Origin: Paragordius varius
Lineage: Eukaryota > Animalia > Nematomorpha
Assembly: GCA_964247055.1 (NCBI GenBank)
Contig: OZ176059.1
Span: forward strand, 2,480,001 to 2,544,000
Length of the DNA: 64,000 bases
Direction: 5' to 3'
Shown here: positions 57,709 through 64,000 of the stretch, piece by piece
Position numbering within the stretch: position 1 is the stretch's first letter
Layout of the letters: every line of letters starts with the position of its first letter
Translations under genes and position numbers: made by a program
Notes under the pieces: model-generated
Told to the model about the DNA's origin: nothing
Databases searched by the model: none
The model's input: only the letters and a program-made list of their open reading frames with translations

Positions 57709-60700
57709 CTAATTTTGGCGGCCTTTATTCTCAGTTTCTAACGGGTGGGGAGATAAAAGCGCCCCCGTTTTTTTACACTCCAGCTGGTACGTTTCATACT
57801 TTGGGGGTCCGTCCTCAACCTCATACTCAGCAATGTTGTCTAATTGCATTACAAAGTTATTCGTTGCATGATTGTTAGTCGTATGGTTTGTTCTATAGTA
57901 GGGAGAATGGTAATAGCCAACACTACCATTTATACAGCTATTATTATTATTATTGCTATGACTAATGTTATCTTTCGTATCCATCGGAGGGATTTGTAAA
58001 CTTCGTAGGCTTAGGCTCATGGATGCACTACTGCTTGGTGGTGTGGAGAAAAAGGAATGTTCGGCCCGTTTAAGGCGCGTGATACGTCGTTTTAATCGTT
58101 TGGCCCTGTGTGTGTGTGTTTATAATTTGCATATAAACGATTTAATCAGACGATATATATACATATGTATATATATACAGTAGCGTATGGAGTAACACAA
58201 TATTCCATAGAAAAATAAAAAAAATGTTTTTTTTAAAAAAACAAGGGGATATGATAGATATGTGTATTTACAACTAGGATTGTTTTTTTAAAAAACATTT
58301 TTTTATTCTTTTATAAACTAATATTGTTTTACTCCATACGCTACTGTATATTAAAAAACTGTCGAATAAAAGCATTAAATGCTTAAAAGTAGAGTGTAGA
58401 GTTCTTGATTTTTATTTTCTTTTATATATTGAGGTATAGTAAAATGGAATATTAACATTATATATATAATTAATCCAAAAGGCTAGCGCATCAACAGTAT
58501 TTTTTTTGATTAATCAAGTTTTTGCCAATCATTAACGATATTATTTGGTTTAGAAATCCAAAATCAATTTTGTTCCTATTTGTTGCTTAAGTTATCTCAT
58601 GGAAAAAACAAAAATCAAAGTTTAAGGTAAAATAAAAGAATTAATCAATATAAAAAATGCTAACTATATACAAATCAACCCCATATTAAAATTTGGGATG
58701 GATATAAATTATCGATCGGTATAAAATTCAAACAATTTTTTACCATTATAATGCATGAACCAAAAAAAGGTGGTAAAGCCAAAAGAATATTAAAAATATA
58801 TTTATCATAAAAAAAATTTTTTATATTCAAATATTTTCTATGGGTTATCAGTGTATAAAACCTATTAATACACATAACAGAAAAGGAGTTAAAGAAAAAG
58901 GACAAAAGCTCCTGAAAAAAAGAAATTTAACTGTAAGTAATTATTTATACTTGAAAATGACTAGCCTCTCTTGATACTCGTCCCAATCATTGGGATCACT
59001 TGGACCCCATTCAGCCGTTGGTCTAACACTTCGCCTTAGTTTCTATATATAAGGCATAAAATATAAATTAACGAACGTAACATAAAAACCTTGTAGAGTC
59101 GATACCATCCCCACTATCTTAAAAGTGTTTTTAATATAAAAAAAGGCGATTATAAGCTAATTAGCGTTCCTGCCCATCATCATGCATAGTTTTTAAAGAA
59201 ACGCTTTAAATTGAATAGTTATAGAAAGCAAATTTATCATCTATTTTATTTTCATTAAATGTATTAAATAAATTATATATATTAATAAAAAAGTCATAAT
59301 TTAATGCTTGATACAAAAATTAAATTTTATCACTTTAGGAAAAAAATAGATCTTGCATACCCATAGATGTCATTATAGCGTGTATTATAAAATTTTTTTT
59401 ATTAATTAATGCTTTATTTGAAAAAAGAAAAAATTATAAACTAACTTGTTTAAAAGTTTTTCCAGGGGTATGGTATATGGCTATAATTGCACATATGGGA
59501 ATAGGAGCCAACGATAAAATGGCAAGTAACCAACCCAGACCGGTGGCCCAACCTGGGTATTTGATTTCCCCATCATTGTAGGTGAGTGGTTCAAAAAAGA
59601 TTATGGAAGATATCAAAAGTCCCTATATATATATATATATATATTCATATAATATGTAGTATCAGTATAAAAGCGTTATGTGTTGCTTATGAAGTATATT
59701 CCTAAAAGTTATGAAATGTCGATTAAATCAAAAGTATTTATAAAAAAATATGTACGATAAATTGATAATAGGAAAATTATATTACAAGAATAATGGTGGG
59801 AGTAACATATTTCCACACATACTTCCAATAATTACATGGGCGCTTTCCCGTCATACATTCAATATCCATTAGGAAGCGATCAGCACCTAAAATATAACAA
59901 TTTATATATATAGAATATTTATATAAATTACGTCGTTTTTATTAAACTTCAAGTTGGTAGATTTAAATAACCACCCCCCTCCCCTTCTGATCCACGAAAA
60001 ATATCAAAACTTATAATAACCATACATATTTTAAATTTATATTTTGGAGAATTAATCATATATAACAAATTGCATGTATACCATATATGTAGCCAACGAC
60101 AATCAACTCCCCCAAACATATGACCATGAGGCTAAATGTCGCGCTGTAATGATCAATAAGTTGGAGGACAAATAAACCACCCTGCATGACACAAGGAATC
60201 CCAGCTATGCAAAGGCATACACACAAGAATCCACAAAAAGCTGTGACGCGTTTCCGGCTCAATTTCCGTCCGGGTTGAAAATCGTTATCGATATCAATCG
60301 AGTCCGGAGATAATTTAATACCTTCTTGAATATTATGATTATTATTTTTACTAGTGTTGTTACATTTACAACAACAAAGATTATTATTCTCATTATTATA
60401 ATCGTCTGGTATTGATATCACACGTGATAAGGGAGCAACAGCAGCAGACGATACCGTTTTATTCTCACTTGTGACGTATGTAACATTATCCATATTCATA
60501 TCATTGGAGGCATGTAATTTATCATTCGTATTATTGATATTATGATGCTTATCATTGCATTTTGTCTTCTTACCATGACCATGATGAATGCATGAACAAT
60601 GTCGCTTCTTTTTGTCACGCTTTTTGGCCACAAAGAAAGCTGGAAATTCGTCTGTAAATGCTGAAACACAAGTTTCAAACATGGCAAACTATACAACGCA

Positions 60701-63403
60701 CACGTATGTATAGTTTTGTTGTTAAACAACAGCATTTATAGATATGTTAGTGATGAATGTAATAATTTTACAGATTGATTGTGAAACATAAATTAAATAA
60801 CAATTTTAACCACCATTTAAATCCCTAGGTATTTGAAATCATAAACCCAAAAAATAATAAAGTGCTCACGACAACATATCTTTGTTTAAAATGTATAGAT
60901 TAAATACGCATGATACTAAACCAAATATTAAAAGTAAAGAGCAATATATACCTGTGAATCAATACCAACTGTAAAAATCATTAGGAAAAATAGTGTAGCC
61001 CAAAGCCAGGGAAATTTCATACTCGCAACCGCTTCCGTATAAACCACAAAAGCTAATCCTGGTCCTATTTATTTCAAAAAATAAAATAAAATTTAGTAAA
61101 AAAGCAAGGTAATATACTAGAGGCATAATAATTATAATAAAAATTATTTTCTGCATATACCCTTTTGTATAACAGATTCCACCGGCGCTCGTGTAATGTT
61201 AGCCATATAACCAATGAAAGAAAAAACCACCGTACCAGCAAATATACTCGTGAGCGAATTTATCAATGGAAGTATAATGGCATCCCTTAATAAAGCAAAA
61301 TTAAATTTGCAAAAATTTTAATATAATTTTGTAAAAATAATATATTTAAACCTTTTCATATTAAAAAATGACAATTATATTGGCTTTTTTACCAAATTTA
61401 TGCATACCTTTACATATAAAAAATAGGTTTTTCGAAATTAAAAACTATATATTTTTATATTTTTTTAAATATTAACATATTTCATATCAACAGTGAGTTA
61501 TTAACCAAAAAACATATAATTTATTTTAGGTTGAATTCGAATTGTTTAAAGGTGACATTGAAATGTTTAAGGATGAATAGAAATGTAAATGGTATATATA
61601 TATAAATTTAGCTAAAAACCTGTAACAATTATGATGGAATTTATTGTAACTGGCCATGGTTATAAGGCCACCCCAACCAGCAGCTTGAGAATAAAATATT
61701 TGAGTGGCCGCAGCAATCCAAATCTGATATATTATATTATAAAAAATATATATATTGGTATTCACACAATCTATCTTACTTTTCAAAACAATTAAATCCA
61801 TAATAATAAAATAGGCTAACCATAGTAATTATAATTAATGGAGGAAATAAAAAAACCTTAATGTCTTTAAGGGCGGACCAATCGGGTGAATAGAAAAGCA
61901 GAATACCATTCCAAGCACCAGGTAATTGAATACCCCGAAAAAAAAGGATAACCAATATAAGGTAGGGGAGTGTGGCGGAAACATACACAATCTGTTGTAC
62001 ACAGTTAGTATATGAATAAAGCTTCCATAAAAAATAAAAAAACCTTTAAGAACATATTATAAATATTATTATATTGATAGTTTTTTAAGGGTAAATCACT
62101 TTACTCACATAACAAATTTTGTTATACAATAAACAAATCAGGTTATTCATTTGCAATAAAAATTGTAATTAATTTGTTTGGTTATTGTGATGGACAAATA
62201 ATAAAATTTACTTTTCCAGATGATTTGACACCACGGATGAGGCATAAAAATATAATAACCCAAGCCAGAATTAGGCAACCCAATAATTCCAAGCGTATGG
62301 TACCTAAATCTTCGATTCCTGGTGAAAGTTGTAGGACACGCTTTCTATCGTTATATTATAATGGGTGAATAAAAAAATTATTTAAACATTATTTGAAAAC
62401 AATATTAAAGTTAAATATAATCCTCAATTTATATGAAAAATGTTTCCCAACTATAATGTATGAAAAGTATTTTTGTGTTTTACAAAAACATTAAATGTCT
62501 AACAAAACCATTTTTTTGCAAAAGGTTGTTTAAAGAAAATATAACATTTTCATTTAAGTTTATAAATATTTTTACAGATTTTTTAACAATTGTTAATACT
62601 AAATATATATACATCCAATACTCTTCACTGGCTGATATACCCCTATCCGAAGTTTGCGCCGCAACAGCTGTTAAATTGTTGACAAGACTCGTAGTTACGT
62701 TCGCAACACTGCCATTTTGAAACATAGTAGAGGGCGTATAATTGGTAGTCATGACCATATGTTTAGCACTGTTTCGAACAATGCACAAAGGAGAATTCCA
62801 TTCATTGGAACAGCTGCTCCAGGGCAAGACTCGATTCCACGAGGAAAACAGGTAAAAAAAGTTCCAAGCCATAATAATGTTGTAGTAAATGCATACTATG
62901 GCTGATATAATGACCATACCATAACCCAAACCTATATGTGTAAAAGTATAAGAAAGTAATGTAAAATGTATTTTATAAAATCATAAAAACATATAAACCG
63001 AAAAAGCACTTATTTTACTATCTCAGTATTTACAAAAAAAATGAATATTCACACAAATTATAACATGTAAAAATTGCAAACTTTTAAATATACCAAATTC
63101 AGTAGTTTTTTAATATTAACAATTTAAATATGGGTTAATAGTTACCCCAATTCGCGAATGAAAGTGTCAATATATAATACAAACCCTTTCACAAGATTTT
63201 TAAAATTCAACATTTGTTAAAAAATTATTCCTTCTCAGAAAACTCAAAATAAAAATTTAAATTCAACCCACCTTTAAAAAGGGGCGAGATCCTCCATATA
63301 GTTATTGGGCTAAGGTTAGCAAATTGTCCAAATGAAAATTCCAAAAAAACCAGGGGCATCCCACAAAACAGCATGAAAAACATGTATGGGATAAGGAAAG
63401 CGC
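57709..63403 (-). CDS. SLC6 Na+/Cl- dependent neurotransmitter/amino-acid transporter, GlyT (SLC6A9/SLC6A5)-like; 5' exons lie beyond the window
   Basis: complement join(63272..63403,62613..62931,62212..62344,61857..61991,61620..61723,61161..61285,60952..61064,60082..60688,59786..59886,59446..59622,58951..59042,57709..58105); phases close. Motifs: [110 protein letters not shown]6 family is certain; the GlyT subfamily call is inferred from the TM6 WGGLITMAS segment. TM1 not seen in the window. Confidence 0.93.
58178..58346. mobile_element. Hairpin MITE family G, copy 2
   Basis: TA|CAGTAGCGTATGGAGTAA ... TTACTCCATACGCTACTG|TA. Core is similar to 14025-14188. Confidence 0.85.
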
Positions 63404-64000
63404 CTATATATATAAATACATAGAATTAATATTTACATGATATAAGTATAGTTAGTTAATAACTATCATTATACTATAATTCGCCAAATATAATCAAGTA
63501 AAGTCTAGATAATTGCATATATATAAAACCTAAAACAATCCTTTTCATGCATTTTTAATATCAATATATCTTAATAATAGCTTATAATTTTTACAGATTT
63601 AGATTTAAAAAAAATTAATATCTGAGCCAATACCCAAAAATTTTTGTATGAAAAGGACGGTGGGTTATTTTTACTTAGTTATTCATTAGCCTAATGTAAG
63701 GATGTTAAATAAATTCACTAAACACCTTGGTGTAAAGCAAAAGAATTTATTTTTTTAACTATGCCATGATATAAAATTCCTTACCAAAAAAACCATGCTT
63801 ATTTATTTTACAATTAACCAAAAAAAATTAAGTTAAAACGAATCTAAAAGGGAAAGAGCCGAAATTGTTGATATTTTTAAAACCGCTCAAAAAAACAGAA
63901 CGGTGGTTTCAAAGAATTTAATTTTTCAAAAACTACCGCAGTTTTTTAAAATTGTTCATTTACAATAAATAAAATAATTAGGCATTTGTAAGGTAAAAAA

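Noticed and set aside
57965-58183. Plus-strand ORFs overlapping SLC6 exons (also 62174, 62460, 62717)
   Set aside because: Antisense to well-supported SLC6 coding exons.

Overview
Very AT-rich, intron-containing animal (invertebrate) genomic DNA; not prokaryotic, and I see no rRNA, tRNA or CRISPR array. The species cannot be determined without a search. Three protein-coding genes can be assembled by hand with GT-AG introns and consistent phases. (1) MFSD1 lysosomal MFS transporter, + strand, 10644-27503, 12 exons, about 765 aa. (2) BMP-type R-Smad (Smad1/5/Mad), + strand, 33999-51550, 13 exons, about 742 aa. (3) Glycine-transporter-like SLC6 carrier, - strand, 57709-63403, 12 exons in the window, with its 5' end beyond the right edge. 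There is also a probable orphan exon at 1241-1594. All three proteins carry large Asn/His/Ser-rich insertions. The most striking is about 70 aa, including a whole extra exon, in the L1 loop of the Smad MH2 domain. Introns and intergenic DNA are dense with transposons: a 5'-truncated RTE/BovB-like LINE with an unbroken RT ORF, a full-length frameshifted Buster/SPIN-type hAT, a small Helitron, piggyBac-like TTAA elements, and several MITE families. The dominant MITE family (about 25 copies) has termini built from 21-bp tandem units. Other notable structures are a tandem array that copies a Smad exon end and its splice donor eight or more times, a MITE-derived tandem array, repeated self-nesting of elements, and (TA)n tracts at many splice sites. 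Exon models and coordinates were read by eye; repeat boundaries are approximate (about +/-10 bp unless TIR/TSD are given).
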